Below are positions 8,958 through 18,085 of a DNA stretch of 64,000 bases, piece by piece (the stretch's first letter is position 1; each line of letters opens with the position of its first letter). This DNA is from a virus: IMG/VR virus record IMGVR_UViG_3300037584_005429, positions 1 through 64,000 of that record. One strand, given 5' to 3'. Position numbers and translations under genes: made by a program. Below the pieces are notes generated by a model. That model was not told where the DNA came from, ran no database searches, and saw only the letters and a list, made by a program, of their open reading frames with translations.

Positions 8958-9281
8958 TTAATTTAGACAAAATGGTGGAAAACCATCTTTTACGTGGATA
9001 AATACTTTTTCTATTTCTTGTTCTCTTTTAATAAACTGTTTAACGTCTAATTCTTTTTCAACATCTTTTAAAGCTAAATCTGTTACAATTTCTAACATTT
9101 CAGTACCACTTAACATAGGGTCTCCATTCTTTTTAATATTAATGGTCGCTTGTTTTGCGACCATTTTAAAAAATTCTTCCATAGAAACTTGTGTTTGACC
9201 AAACATATCTTCTCTCGCTTGTTTGTCGTTTTCAAAAAACTCTTTCAATCTTTTTAAATAGATATGTAGATTAACATCCAT
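8958..9281 (-). CDS. Hypothetical protein
   Basis: ORF track gives 9287; ATG at 9281 fits the ATATTTAT motif at 9286-9293. Confidence 0.7.
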   Translation of the reverse strand: MDVNLHIYLKRLKEFFENDKQAREDMFGQTQVSMEEFFKMVAKQATINIKKNGDPMLSGTEMLEIVTDLALKDVEKELDVKQFIKREQEIEKVFIHVKDGFPPFCLN

Positions 9282-9292
9282 GTACATAAATA

Positions 9293-9577
9293 TTATGATA
9301 AATTATATTTTTTAATCAATTTTTTATCTATGTTAGTAGTTTTACCCTCTTTTTTAAGTATGTCATAGATTTTTTGTGCAGCTACTTTAATATCTTTCAT
9401 TCCACCCTCTAACTTACTTTTAGTCTTGTAAATCATAACTTCTACATCACCTGGAGTTTTTACTATTTTACCCCCTATTCTCTTTGAGGTTTCTTTTGTT
9501 ATTTTTTGTCTAACTTCATAATTCACCATTTTACAGATATGGTGACCTCTTTTTTCCATTGTTGTGCTTCCACCCAT
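9293..9577 (-). CDS. Basic hypothetical protein
   Basis: ORF track; operon packing. Confidence 0.7.
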   Translation of the reverse strand: MGGSTTMEKRGHHICKMVNYEVRQKITKETSKRIGGKIVKTPGDVEVMIYKTKSKLEGGMKDIKVAAQKIYDILKKEGKTTNIDKKLIKKYNLS

Positions 9578-9590
9578 TTTATTTTACTTT

Positions 9591-9839
9591 TTAAAAATTA
9601 ATACTAGTCCATTTTAAATTACCACTATAGGTAATCATCTTATCAAACATCCTATTTTGGTATATACTTTTTAGATTTTCTGCTTGTTCTAATTTACCAA
9701 AAAGTTTTAGGTCATTATACCCAAAATTATTTTTTAGAAATAAATCTAGTTCTTTTTTTCCTAAGACAAGATGTATGTTTCTAATAACCCAGTCTTGGAA
9801 GTCGTATGTGTCCCAGTTTGATTTTTCTTTTGTTTCCAT
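9591..9839 (-). CDS. Hypothetical protein
   Basis: ORF track; TATATTTG 4 nt upstream of ATG. Confidence 0.7.
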   Translation of the reverse strand: METKEKSNWDTYDFQDWVIRNIHLVLGKKELDLFLKNNFGYNDLKLFGKLEQAENLKSIYQNRMFDKMITYSGNLKWTSINF

Positions 9840-9843
9840 AGTA

Positions 9844-9851
9844 CAAATATA
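9844..9851 (-). promoter_or_regulatory. Bacteroidota-type -7 promoter element
   Basis: TATATTTG-N4-ATG. Confidence 0.55.
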
Positions 9852-9875
9852 CGACTTTTTTATTATTTTATTGTA

Positions 9876-10436
9876 TTATTTGGGGAAAACTTTTATCTCT
9901 TTTGTTTTACTTACTAAATCACCCCATACACTGTCTTTTTTATATCGAGTAGCTCTAACTTTATGGTTGTCTATGTAATGATACTCTGTAACATCTTCGT
10001 GGATTCTTGGTTTACCGAAAATTATGTAATGCCATCTTACTTCATTGTCTCTTAACCATTGTTCAGTAATTTCTCTATGTTCTTCTTTCCTAGATGTAAA
10101 AAAGGTAATTATATTGCCTTCTTCATACCATTTATTAATTGTTTCTATTGAATTATGGTATGGTTTTGCGTTAGCCATTCTTTCAAATTGTTCGTTTGGG
10201 ATGTCGTCACAAATAGTCCCATCAATATCTATAATATAATTAGTTTTACTGACTTGTTTTCTAATTTGTCTATACCCTACCATTTTTTTATCCAAGTATT
10301 CATCTATATCATATCTATATTCACCACATGAAGAATATAGACATTTTTTTTGGATTACTGTTTTTTTGTCTTCTGTTAAATAAATTTCGGTTATACTATT
10401 TGCGTAATGTTGTGTGTAAATTAATATTTCTTCCAT
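9876..10436 (-). CDS. HAD-superfamily phosphatase with N-terminal extension
   Basis: IIDIDGTI, FFTSR, TEQWL, FGKP, YIDN motifs. Confidence 0.8.
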   Translation of the reverse strand: MEEILIYTQHYANSITEIYLTEDKKTVIQKKCLYSSCGEYRYDIDEYLDKKMVGYRQIRKQVSKTNYIIDIDGTICDDIPNEQFERMANAKPYHNSIETINKWYEEGNIITFFTSRKEEHREITEQWLRDNEVRWHYIIFGKPRIHEDVTEYHYIDNHKVRATRYKKDSVWGDLVSKTKEIKVFPK

Positions 10437-10437
10437 T

Positions 10438-10632
10438 TTATTTATTTTTATCTATTTTTTTAATTATTGTTCTTTCCATTGTTATTATAACTCTTTCTAG
10501 TTTTAATATTTGTTTTTCTAACTGGATTATCTGTTCTCTTTTTTCTCTTCCTACTCTTGCCTCCCAAATTAACCACCCAAAAGCAAGTATTTCTAGAATG
10601 AATAATGATATTAATAGTATTGTTTGTAACAT
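10438..10632 (-). CDS. Small membrane-anchored coiled-coil protein
   Basis: N-terminal TM helix followed by coiled coil. Confidence 0.7.
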   Translation of the reverse strand: MLQTILLISLFILEILAFGWLIWEARVGREKREQIIQLEKQILKLERVIITMERTIIKKIDKNK

Positions 10633-10633
10633 T

Positions 10634-11809
10634 TTATCTTCCTACTTCTTTTATATATTTTTCTTTCGTTTCTTCCCAGGATAAATCAATCACATCCCAG
10701 TAAAATAATTGTTCTTCTTTAATTCTACTTTGTTTCCAAATATTTTCATATCTACGGATAGCTTTAGGTTTCCACCATTTTTCAGTATAAGATATATCTT
10801 CTTTAAATTTCTTTTTTAAAATTAGGTCTTTTTCTTCTATTTCACCTCTTAAAAACTCACAACCATTATCATACATCATTGCAAGATAGACCCCTCTCTT
10901 AAATCCGTGGTCATAATCTGAACCCTTTATACCACAATGTTTAAAAACTTTGTTAAGAACGTTCTGTTTAGGTCCCGTAGCGTTTATAGCTTTTTTATGT
11001 TCTTCTGGGTGATTTTCTTTTAACCATTTATTCCAAGGTAAATAAGCTTCGTCATCTGGTTTTAATCTTACTTTACCAGATGTTTCTCCCATAGTTTTGA
11101 AGTGTGGCATACCATTATACATTGAGTTGATACCGTATAGAGATGTTGTTCCTACAGCGATTAGTTTGTCTCCATATTTTTCTTCCCAAGCATCTCTAAT
11201 AGTTTTACATGTTGTTAGAGCTGCCACTAATTTACCCATTAACATATTATATCCACCTGGTTGAGTGGAACATATAGTGGTAGCAATTGCTGTATTGTTT
11301 AGTTTGTGTTGGTCGAATTTATTAGTTTTATCCCAACCTATATAAGCGTCCCTAACTTTAATACTAGTCACATCAGACCCCAAACAAATCAATCCAAGAA
11401 CTTTTTCTGTTTTTCTATCCTTAACCCAGAATTTCATGTTTCTTCCAGGATTTGCAACCCATTCCATTGTATGTATAAGTTTACGGTAGTTTACCCACTC
11501 TGTTACCCCCTTACCAGGTGTTGCCATTTCAACATAAGGTTCTAAGTTTTCAATTTCTGTTATTGTTTGTAACGTATCTATTAAAAAGGTTGGTTTCCAT
11601 AAATTTTCTTTATATGGATATAACTTCTTTTTTATTTTTGACATTTTACCACCCTTATTCATTTCTTGCCATTTTTTATAAAGAGTTTGTTCTTGTACTG
11701 ACATAGATTTTAACATCTCTAAATTATTAATTAGATTTTGTTTTTGGCCTTCAAAGTCAAAAATTTCTTCATTTTCTATAATATCAAATATTGTTGTTTG
11801 TTCTCCCAT
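10634..11809 (-). CDS. DruA/DUF4338-like protein (Mom/GNAT-related fold)
   Basis: PGRNMKFWVKD...LGLICLGSDV....RDAYIGW...QPGGYNMLMGKLVA...WEEKYGD.L..V.TTSLYG pattern as recalled for DUF4338/Druantia DruA homologues. Confidence 0.7.
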   Translation of the reverse strand: MGEQTTIFDIIENEEIFDFEGQKQNLINNLEMLKSMSVQEQTLYKKWQEMNKGGKMSKIKKKLYPYKENLWKPTFLIDTLQTITEIENLEPYVEMATPGKGVTEWVNYRKLIHTMEWVANPGRNMKFWVKDRKTEKVLGLICLGSDVTSIKVRDAYIGWDKTNKFDQHKLNNTAIATTICSTQPGGYNMLMGKLVAALTTCKTIRDAWEEKYGDKLIAVGTTSLYGINSMYNGMPHFKTMGETSGKVRLKPDDEAYLPWNKWLKENHPEEHKKAINATGPKQNVLNKVFKHCGIKGSDYDHGFKRGVYLAMMYDNGCEFLRGEIEEKDLILKKKFKEDISYTEKWWKPKAIRRYENIWKQSRIKEEQLFYWDVIDLSWEETKEKYIKEVGR

Positions 11810-11813
11810 GTTA

Positions 11814-11844
11814 TAATAATAATATATTTTAATAGTCTTTTCAA
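11814..11844 (-). promoter_or_regulatory. Sigma70-type promoter, leaderless
   Basis: TTGAAA-N17-TATTATTA-N4-ATG. Confidence 0.65.
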
Positions 11845-11892
11845 GTTTTGTTTACTTACGAATTGTAATATTTATTTTTAAATAAAAAAATT

Positions 11893-12111
11893 ATGGGTTG
11901 TAAAAGTTGTAAGTCTCAAAAAATACTAAATGAAGCTAATAGGATTCAAAAAAATCTTCTAAACGTTTCTAAAACTATGGAAGAACAAGTTTATGACAAA
12001 ACTTTAGGTCAAGTAAGTCCAGGAGAAAGATTTGTTGTTATATTGTTTGGTTTTGTACCTATGATTATAGGTTACATATCTATAATAAAATTTATTATTT
12101 CTATTTTATAA
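11893..12111 (+). CDS. Small protein with N-terminal MGCxxC and C-terminal TM helix
   Basis: MGCKSCK start; hydrophobic C-terminus; ATATTTAT at 11868-11875. Confidence 0.7.
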   Translation: MGCKSCKSQKILNEANRIQKNLLNVSKTMEEQVYDKTLGQVSPGERFVVILFGFVPMIIGYISIIKFIISIL

Positions 12112-13102
12112 AACTTTCTGAGTTATATAATCCCCTAATTATTTGTTCTTCTTGTGCACTTAATCTTGTAGGCATTTTAATTTTAGGTCTAACTAAAATA
12201 TCACCACTTAATCCATTATTTTTCATAAGTCCTTTACCACCAACTTTAAATGTTGTTGTAGGTTGACTACAAGGTGGTATGTTTGTATTTATATATCCAG
12301 TGAAGTAGGGTATTTCTATAATTCTACCTAATAGAAAATCTAAAATACTAATTTCTGGTTCGTAAAGTAAATCTCTATCTGAAATTTTAAAATGTTCATG
12401 TCTAGATATAACAACTTGTATTTGTAAGTCTCCCGGTTGTCCATTTTCAATCTCCTCACCCATACCTCTAAAAGTATATACTTGTCCAGTCATCAAATCT
12501 TTTGGGATTGGGAAATCTATTATACTTTCTTTTTTTTCTTTTCCGACACCTCCACATTTAAAACAAGCGTTTATAACTGTTTTACCTCTACCGCCACAAT
12601 TTGGGCACTTTACTCTTCTTATTTGTCTAAAAAAAGCATTTCCAACTGCCTGTTCTAAAGCACCAGTACCATTACAACTACCACACATTTGTGTTTGTCC
12701 ACCGGTACCCCTACATGTACCACAATTAATATCTCTATTGTAACGTAATTTTTTTGTTGTACCAAAAAATACATCATTTAGAGATATAGTTAACGGTATA
12801 CTTAAATTTTTACCCTTCCTAACTTGTCTATGTTGCTGATTTTGTCTAAAAAATTGATTAAATACATCTTCCATATTAACATCCCCACCGTTATGAAAAG
12901 GATTATCTAATTTATGGTTGTATTCTTGTCTTTTGTTGGGGTCGCCTAATGTATCATAAGCTTCTGAAATTTCTTTAAATACATTTTCATCACCTCCCTT
13001 ATCTGGGTGATGTTGTTTAGATAATTGACGAAATGACTTTTTTATCTCATCTTGAGTTGCATTTCTATTTATATTTAGAGTTTTATAGTAATCTTTATTC
13101 AT
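12101..13102 (-). CDS. dnaJ: Chaperone DnaJ (type I)
   Basis: J domain with HPD, four CxxCxGxG zinc-finger repeats, C-terminal substrate domain. Confidence 0.95.
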   Translation of the reverse strand: MNKDYYKTLNINRNATQDEIKKSFRQLSKQHHPDKGGDENVFKEISEAYDTLGDPNKRQEYNHKLDNPFHNGGDVNMEDVFNQFFRQNQQHRQVRKGKNLSIPLTISLNDVFFGTTKKLRYNRDINCGTCRGTGGQTQMCGSCNGTGALEQAVGNAFFRQIRRVKCPNCGGRGKTVINACFKCGGVGKEKKESIIDFPIPKDLMTGQVYTFRGMGEEIENGQPGDLQIQVVISRHEHFKISDRDLLYEPEISILDFLLGRIIEIPYFTGYINTNIPPCSQPTTTFKVGGKGLMKNNGLSGDILVRPKIKMPTRLSAQEEQIIRGLYNSESFIK

Positions 13103-13738
13103 ATGAGTTATAATCGTAATAAATATAAAATAGTTTTGTTTAAAAATGGAGAAAGAAATAAAGTATTTTTTTCTTCAAATAATAAAAAAAGTATTTTAAA
13201 CAAATATAATAAACTTATCGGAGAAAAAAAGCCTAAATTCATAACAGAATATATTTCTCGTAAAAAGGTTATGTTTGAGTTATCTATTATAACCACTGAA
13301 ACATCAAAAGAAAGTATTTTTGTTAAAGATGAGATGGGTAGAAATAAAAAAATTAGTCTAGGAGAATCTAACTATAATATAATTAAGTTACTACCTTACT
13401 GGAAGGAAGAAATGATTTATGACCATCATACTAAAAATAAAATAAATTTTAATGACTTAATACAAACATATCTGAATTCTAAAGATTTTAAACAAGTTTT
13501 TACTTTAAATAATAAACTAGTAATTCAAAAAGATGAAATATTTAATCTTTTTAGTTTGAAAACAATTTCTGACGCAACTAGATTATTAAAAATTATTGAG
13601 TTAGACTTTTTAGATAATGGTAGATATGATTGTTTGTTTGTGTCTGATACTAATACTGTACAACGTAAACAACTTTATGATTTGTTGGTTGGTGTTGGTT
13701 ATAAACGAGAATTTTTAAGGAAACAATTTACTTATTAG
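13103..13738 (+). CDS. Hypothetical protein, counter-oriented in a minus-strand region
   Basis: 211-aa ORF; no long ORF on the opposite strand. Confidence 0.8.
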   Translation: MSYNRNKYKIVLFKNGERNKVFFSSNNKKSILNKYNKLIGEKKPKFITEYISRKKVMFELSIITTETSKESIFVKDEMGRNKKISLGESNYNIIKLLPYWKEEMIYDHHTKNKINFNDLIQTYLNSKDFKQVFTLNNKLVIQKDEIFNLFSLKTISDATRLLKIIELDFLDNGRYDCLFVSDTNTVQRKQLYDLLVGVGYKREFLRKQFTY

Positions 13739-13968
13739 TCTCTATTAAATATAAATTCTGTTTTTCCTATAGTTAATGATATTGTTGATTGATTTCTATT
13801 TACTCGACTCTTAACAAATTCTTCTATTTCTTGGATTATTTCTAGGTAATTTTTGGGATTTGTGTTTAGAGTAACTTTTGTGTTGGTGAATAGATTTTCT
13901 TTTTCTAGTTTTTCAGCTATTTCTGCACATTCACCTAAATACCTAAAAACTTTTTGATTTTTTTCCAT
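13735..13968 (-). CDS. Hypothetical protein
   Basis: ORF track; overlapping operon. Confidence 0.7.
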   Translation of the reverse strand: MEKNQKVFRYLGECAEIAEKLEKENLFTNTKVTLNTNPKNYLEIIQEIEEFVKSRVNRNQSTISLTIGKTEFIFNRD

Positions 13969-14123
13969 ACCCCTTTTTGTTTTTTAGGTTTAGGTTTAGA
14001 CATAATTCCTGTTACCCCTTCTTTTTTTATTTGATTTATTAGCTTTTTTTTATGTTGTAGTATCTCGTTCTGGTCTTTCTCCATCTCCTTCTCTAACCAA
14101 CGGCCCAATTTTTGTTTCTCCAT
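13935..14123 (-). CDS. Small basic hypothetical protein
   Basis: ORF track; overlapping operon. Confidence 0.65.
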   Translation of the reverse strand: MEKQKLGRWLEKEMEKDQNEILQHKKKLINQIKKEGVTGIMSKPKPKKQKGVWKKIKKFLGI

Positions 14124-14511
14124 TTAAATTTAAAAGATTTGTTTTAAAATTTATATCTAAATTTCTTAAAGAATTTATATCATTTTCATTAAATACTTTT
14201 TCCAACTCAATCATTTTTTGTTGTAGTAATAATTGTTTTTCTTCCGTTTCTATATTCCATTTTATTACAGCTAAAACTTCTTCTTCTAGTATTACACTTT
14301 CCTTTTCCTCAAAAGAAGAAAAAAATGAAACTATTTTTTGTGTTTTACTTTCACTACCTTTTTGTAATTGGATTTTATTTCCTCTACTACCCACTATTTC
14401 TTTTACTTTCCAATCTATAGGTAGTTTTAAGTCTATTACTAATAAACCTTCGTGTATTCTAAGGCTATTAAAATACCCACTTAATTTTGATATTTCTTCG
14501 TATAATCCCAT
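14050..14511 (-). CDS. Hypothetical protein
   Basis: ORF track. Confidence 0.75.
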   Translation of the reverse strand: MGLYEEISKLSGYFNSLRIHEGLLVIDLKLPIDWKVKEIVGSRGNKIQLQKGSESKTQKIVSFFSSFEEKESVILEEEVLAVIKWNIETEEKQLLLQQKMIELEKVFNENDINSLRNLDINFKTNLLNLNGETKIGPLVREGDGERPERDTTT

Positions 14512-14691
14512 TTAGTGTATAATAAATGTTAATGAATAAGATAAAGAAATACCTAATAACAGTAGTTCTCTATAGTTTAGTTTATAGGTTGACGGTTCAG
14601 CTGAAAATAATTTAGTTAAAACTAAAAAAATATTTCTCCCAATTACCAGTAGGGAAAATATAAACATTAAAGTGTAAATCCAACTATTCAT
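14512..14691 (-). CDS. Small 2-TM membrane protein (59 aa; not in ORF track)
   Basis: MNSWIYTLMFIFSLLVIGRNIFLVLTKLFSAEPSTYKLNYRELLLLGISLSYSLTFIIH*; abuts both neighbours exactly. Confidence 0.7.
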   Translation of the reverse strand: MNSWIYTLMFIFSLLVIGRNIFLVLTKLFSAEPSTYKLNYRELLLLGISLSYSLTFIIH

Positions 14692-14865
14692 TTATTTTTT
14701 ACTTTCTTCTAGTATTTCTTTTCTTAATTCTTGTAGAACTTGTTTAAGTTCTTGTGCTGATTTTCTAGCTCTAATTCCAGCGCTTTTATTTTTTTTATCA
14801 AAAAATTTCTCAGCATCTACTTTTATAGATGTTACTAATGTTTCTAATTGTGTTAATGTTTCCAT
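14692..14865 (-). CDS. Histone H1-like protein (Hc1 family, Bacteroidota type; not in ORF track)
   Basis: METLTQLETLVTSIKVDAEKFFDKKNKSAGIRARKSAQELKQVLQELRKEILEESKK*; matches the D..KF..K.NK.AG.R.RK...ELK...QELR signature. Confidence 0.8.
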   Translation of the reverse strand: METLTQLETLVTSIKVDAEKFFDKKNKSAGIRARKSAQELKQVLQELRKEILEESKK

Positions 14866-14872
14866 AATATTT

Positions 14873-15079
14873 TTATTCTTCTTTTTTATATTTAGTTATG
14901 TATGACTCCCAAGTTAACATTGTATTACTAACTTGTGTCAGTTTATTTAATAATTTTAATGATTCTTTAACCATTTTTTCTGTTGGGAGTTCGGGGCTAT
15001 TTAAAACCCTTTCCAACTCATTTTCTAGCTTTTGTTTTTCAATGATTATTTCATTACTAATTATATTTAATATTCTCAT
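14873..15079 (-). CDS. Hypothetical coiled-coil protein
   Basis: ORF track. Confidence 0.7.
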   Translation of the reverse strand: MRILNIISNEIIIEKQKLENELERVLNSPELPTEKMVKESLKLLNKLTQVSNTMLTWESYITKYKKEE

Positions 15080-15096
15080 GATTTAATTTTAAAAAA

Positions 15097-15582
15097 TTAT
15101 TCATTAACAGTCAAGTTATTTTCTAATATCTTGTAAATTTCTGATAATACATCTAATTCTGATTCTGTTTTTAATTTATATAATTGGAACAACTCTACTA
15201 AAAATTTTTTTAGTTTACTTATTTTATCATCTATTTCATTATTGTAAAACCCTTCATAAAAAAAATGATAAAAATAATTATAATGTTCTCCTTTATAATT
15301 AAATTTTATATTTTCTTTATCAAAATTATCAAGTGTTATTTTCCAACACCAATCAAAATGACCTTTTTTGTCTTCCTCAGTTTTTATAACATCTTTACCC
15401 AAATATGTCTCTTCTATAAGATAAAATAAAGATATTACTAAATCAAAAAATAATTCTGTTTTTTCAACATTAATATTATTGACCTTAACCCACATGCGCA
15501 TTTCTTCATAACTAATTCTTTTAGTTACATAATTTAAAAATTCTTCAGGTAATAATCTTTTCCTTTCCATATCTTTTATCAT
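15097..15582 (-). CDS. Hypothetical protein
   Basis: ORF track. Confidence 0.75.
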   Translation of the reverse strand: MIKDMERKRLLPEEFLNYVTKRISYEEMRMWVKVNNINVEKTELFFDLVISLFYLIEETYLGKDVIKTEEDKKGHFDWCWKITLDNFDKENIKFNYKGEHYNYFYHFFYEGFYNNEIDDKISKLKKFLVELFQLYKLKTESELDVLSEIYKILENNLTVNE

Positions 15583-15619
15583 TATAAAGATAGGTATAGA
15601 GATTGGGTGGTAAATAGAT

Positions 15620-16543
15620 TTATTGTGTCTTTTTATTATAGGACCACAATTTTTTCATTTCTTCTATATTTAAATCTACACCTTCTTTAACTTGTTTTAC
15701 TTTTTGTACATCAGGTGTTATCCCTCTTAAATTAGTCATTGACGCTTTTTGTGCGTCTATCTTTTCTTTTCTACGTTTTTTATTTTTAAGCATTTTTTCT
15801 CCTAAATCACTAGGTACTACATTACCTACAGCTTTGCCGTCTTCATCTGTTTGTGCATTACCAGTTTCTGAACTACCTTCTAAATAATCAGCTAATCTTT
15901 CCATATTTTGGTTATGTGCATCGAAATCCTGTAACCCTGGATAGGCAAAATCTTCAACAAATTCTTCATCTTCAGTAGTATTTCTATACATAGGTGAATG
16001 TGTATCAGTTGTAGAATTTTGTTGGTTAGGGAATTCTGGGTTAGAATTACCTTCAAAGTCTGCATAATCCTTAAATTTCTTTTCTGTTTCTTTCATAGCT
16101 TCATCATTCTGAGTTTTAGATTTTTTAACAGCTTTTTCATAAGCATCGTATCCTGGTACTTTACTACCTTCAGAAATATTTTTTGTTTTTTCTAATTTTT
16201 TCTTAACTAATTTTTTTATAGTGTTTTTAGTCCCTTCTTCTATTTTTACTTCTTTGGTTGAATTATCTTTTTCGTTTTTTAAAACGTCTTTTACCATATT
16301 ATCTATTGTATTCTCTAATACCATTTTTTCTGCCATTTCATCAGCAACAGCTTTCAAAGACTCCTCTATAACTGTAGTGGTCTCTCTCCACTCTTTTCTG
16401 TCTTCTTCTATTTCAGCTGGACGCATCTCCACACCTTTATTATCTCTAGCTAATGAATGATTTTCACCAATTCTTTTAACTGATTTTTCTATAATTTTGT
16501 CCAAATCAGGACTTGAAGCTAATACTGTATCTTTGATTGACAT
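15620..16543 (-). CDS. Highly charged late protein, putative prohead core/internal head protein
   Basis: E/K-rich; many [ILV]-x-E sites; ATATTTAT at 16558-16565. Confidence 0.55.
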   Translation of the reverse strand: MSIKDTVLASSPDLDKIIEKSVKRIGENHSLARDNKGVEMRPAEIEEDRKEWRETTTVIEESLKAVADEMAEKMVLENTIDNMVKDVLKNEKDNSTKEVKIEEGTKNTIKKLVKKKLEKTKNISEGSKVPGYDAYEKAVKKSKTQNDEAMKETEKKFKDYADFEGNSNPEFPNQQNSTTDTHSPMYRNTTEDEEFVEDFAYPGLQDFDAHNQNMERLADYLEGSSETGNAQTDEDGKAVGNVVPSDLGEKMLKNKKRRKEKIDAQKASMTNLRGITPDVQKVKQVKEGVDLNIEEMKKLWSYNKKTQ

Positions 16544-16569
16544 AATTTCTTTTTATTATAAATATCTAT

Positions 16570-17283
16570 TTATTCGTATTTTCCACCTACATTAGACCCC
16601 ATTGTAAAAATTTTACCTATTGGTGCATTCATTTTAGTTTTAGGACCTAATATAGAAGTTATAGGTGATTTATAAATACTGCGTCTTATAATCTCCTCTA
16701 AATCTTTTTTTACTAATTGTTTTATATAGTTTTTACCTTTACCTGTTTTTTTAGCGACCTCATCAATTGCCTTTGCGATTTTTTTATTTTCATATAAATC
16801 CAAAGCATTTATATCTCCTTGGTTACAGTAAGGAAATTTTTTACATTTATCTTTTACTTTTACAAATTTTCCACCAGGCCACTGTGTTTTTGATGCTCCT
16901 CTCCAATTTTTTTCATTTTTTGCTAAGAACCTTGGTGTCGCGTATTGTCCAGAACTAGCAGCTGTTGTAGCTTCACCAACTTCTTCTTTTTTCTTCCTTT
17001 TTTTCTTTTTACCTGCGAATCTAGGGTCCATCCCCATAGGAGCCATAAAAGCTCCTGCACTTGCTGAAGTCGTAGCTTCTTCCATTTCTTTTTGTTCATT
17101 TTTTTCCCAGTCTTCGTGAGTTATTTCTGGGTGAATTTCTTCACAAGTTTTTCCTTTATGTTTTTTCATATTTTCTTTTTCTTCTAAATCTTTAGCATTT
17201 TTTAATAAAGATTTGTAAAACATTTTATCTTTACCTTCTATAGCCTTATTTAAACTTTTTTGGAAATTGTCTTTTATCCCCAT
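16570..17283 (-). CDS. Putative internal head protein with repeated EATT.ASxG motif
   Basis: EATTSASAGAFMAP and EATTAASSGQYATP repeats; KCKKFPYCNQG segment. Confidence 0.55.
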   Translation of the reverse strand: MGIKDNFQKSLNKAIEGKDKMFYKSLLKNAKDLEEKENMKKHKGKTCEEIHPEITHEDWEKNEQKEMEEATTSASAGAFMAPMGMDPRFAGKKKKRKKKEEVGEATTAASSGQYATPRFLAKNEKNWRGASKTQWPGGKFVKVKDKCKKFPYCNQGDINALDLYENKKIAKAIDEVAKKTGKGKNYIKQLVKKDLEEIIRRSIYKSPITSILGPKTKMNAPIGKIFTMGSNVGGKYE

Positions 17284-17526
17284 TTATCTTACTCTTTTTA
17301 TTTCTGATTGCCACATACTACGTCTAAACCAAAAAGTTTTATATAACTCTAACATAACTTTACTAACTATATCTACAATTTCATTTCTGGTATTTCTACC
17401 TTTTTTGATTTCGTCTACGACAAGTTTTTGAATTTCATTTCTAAACTGAGGTTTAGACATAAAATCTTTAATCTCTTTTCTTGCTATTCTAGCAATTTCG
17501 TCTTTATCTGTTTTTGTTAGTGCCAT
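17284..17526 (-). CDS. Hypothetical late protein
   Basis: ATATTTAT at 17532-17539, 5 nt before ATG. Confidence 0.7.
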   Translation of the reverse strand: MALTKTDKDEIARIARKEIKDFMSKPQFRNEIQKLVVDEIKKGRNTRNEIVDIVSKVMLELYKTFWFRRSMWQSEIKRVR

Positions 17527-17538
17527 TACTTATAAATA

Positions 17539-17913
17539 TTACTTAACATTAGATACGACCCAAGAAGCTGTAACAATTGTTGCTGCACCTAAAAAGAAGT
17601 GAACTACGGGTTTGTTATACCATTTTGGTTGTAGTTCTTTTGTTAAATCTATATATAAATCTATTCTTTGATTTAATAGATTTGTTTTTTCCGTCATAAA
17701 AGCTAAATGTAAACTATCTTGGGTGTGTAGAGTTTTATAATTTATTAATTGAGTTTTAAGTAAATTAATCTCTAGTTTCTGTAGACTATCATTTTGTTCG
17801 TATACTTGAAACAAGGAATCCATTTCAATTACCTCTTTTTCAGTAAAAGTATGTGTTTGACTAAAGGCCCATACTGGAGTAAGCAATAATAATATTATTA
17901 TTAGTTTTTTCAT
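17539..17913 (-). CDS. Exported coiled-coil protein with C-terminal TM (spanin-like)
   Basis: Signal peptide MKKLIIILLLLTPVWAFSQ, coiled coil, PKWYNKP plus hydrophobic C-terminus. Confidence 0.55.
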   Translation of the reverse strand: MKKLIIILLLLTPVWAFSQTHTFTEKEVIEMDSLFQVYEQNDSLQKLEINLLKTQLINYKTLHTQDSLHLAFMTEKTNLLNQRIDLYIDLTKELQPKWYNKPVVHFFLGAATIVTASWVVSNVK

Positions 17914-17915
17914 TT

Positions 17916-18083
17916 TTATTTACAACAAGAATGGTCGGGAAGACATCTTTTACCCTCTTTCATTAAATCACAACCATGTGTGATAGTTTTATTAGTGGTA
18001 CTACAAGATACATGTACCATAATCATTAAAGATACAATCATCATAACTAATAGTCCCCATGATTTTTCTGTCCAATTTTTCAT
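17916..18083 (-). CDS. Small Cys-rich putative lipoprotein (55 aa; not in ORF track)
   Basis: MKNWTEKSWGLLVMMIVSLMIMVHVSCSTTNKTITHGCDLMKEGKRCLPDHSCCK*; hydrophobic region followed by a VS-C lipobox-like site. Confidence 0.6.
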   Translation of the reverse strand: MKNWTEKSWGLLVMMIVSLMIMVHVSCSTTNKTITHGCDLMKEGKRCLPDHSCCK

Positions 18084-18085
18084 TT

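Noticed and set aside
10634-11809. Complete Druantia defence system
   Set aside because: No DruE helicase or other Dru genes lie in the window.
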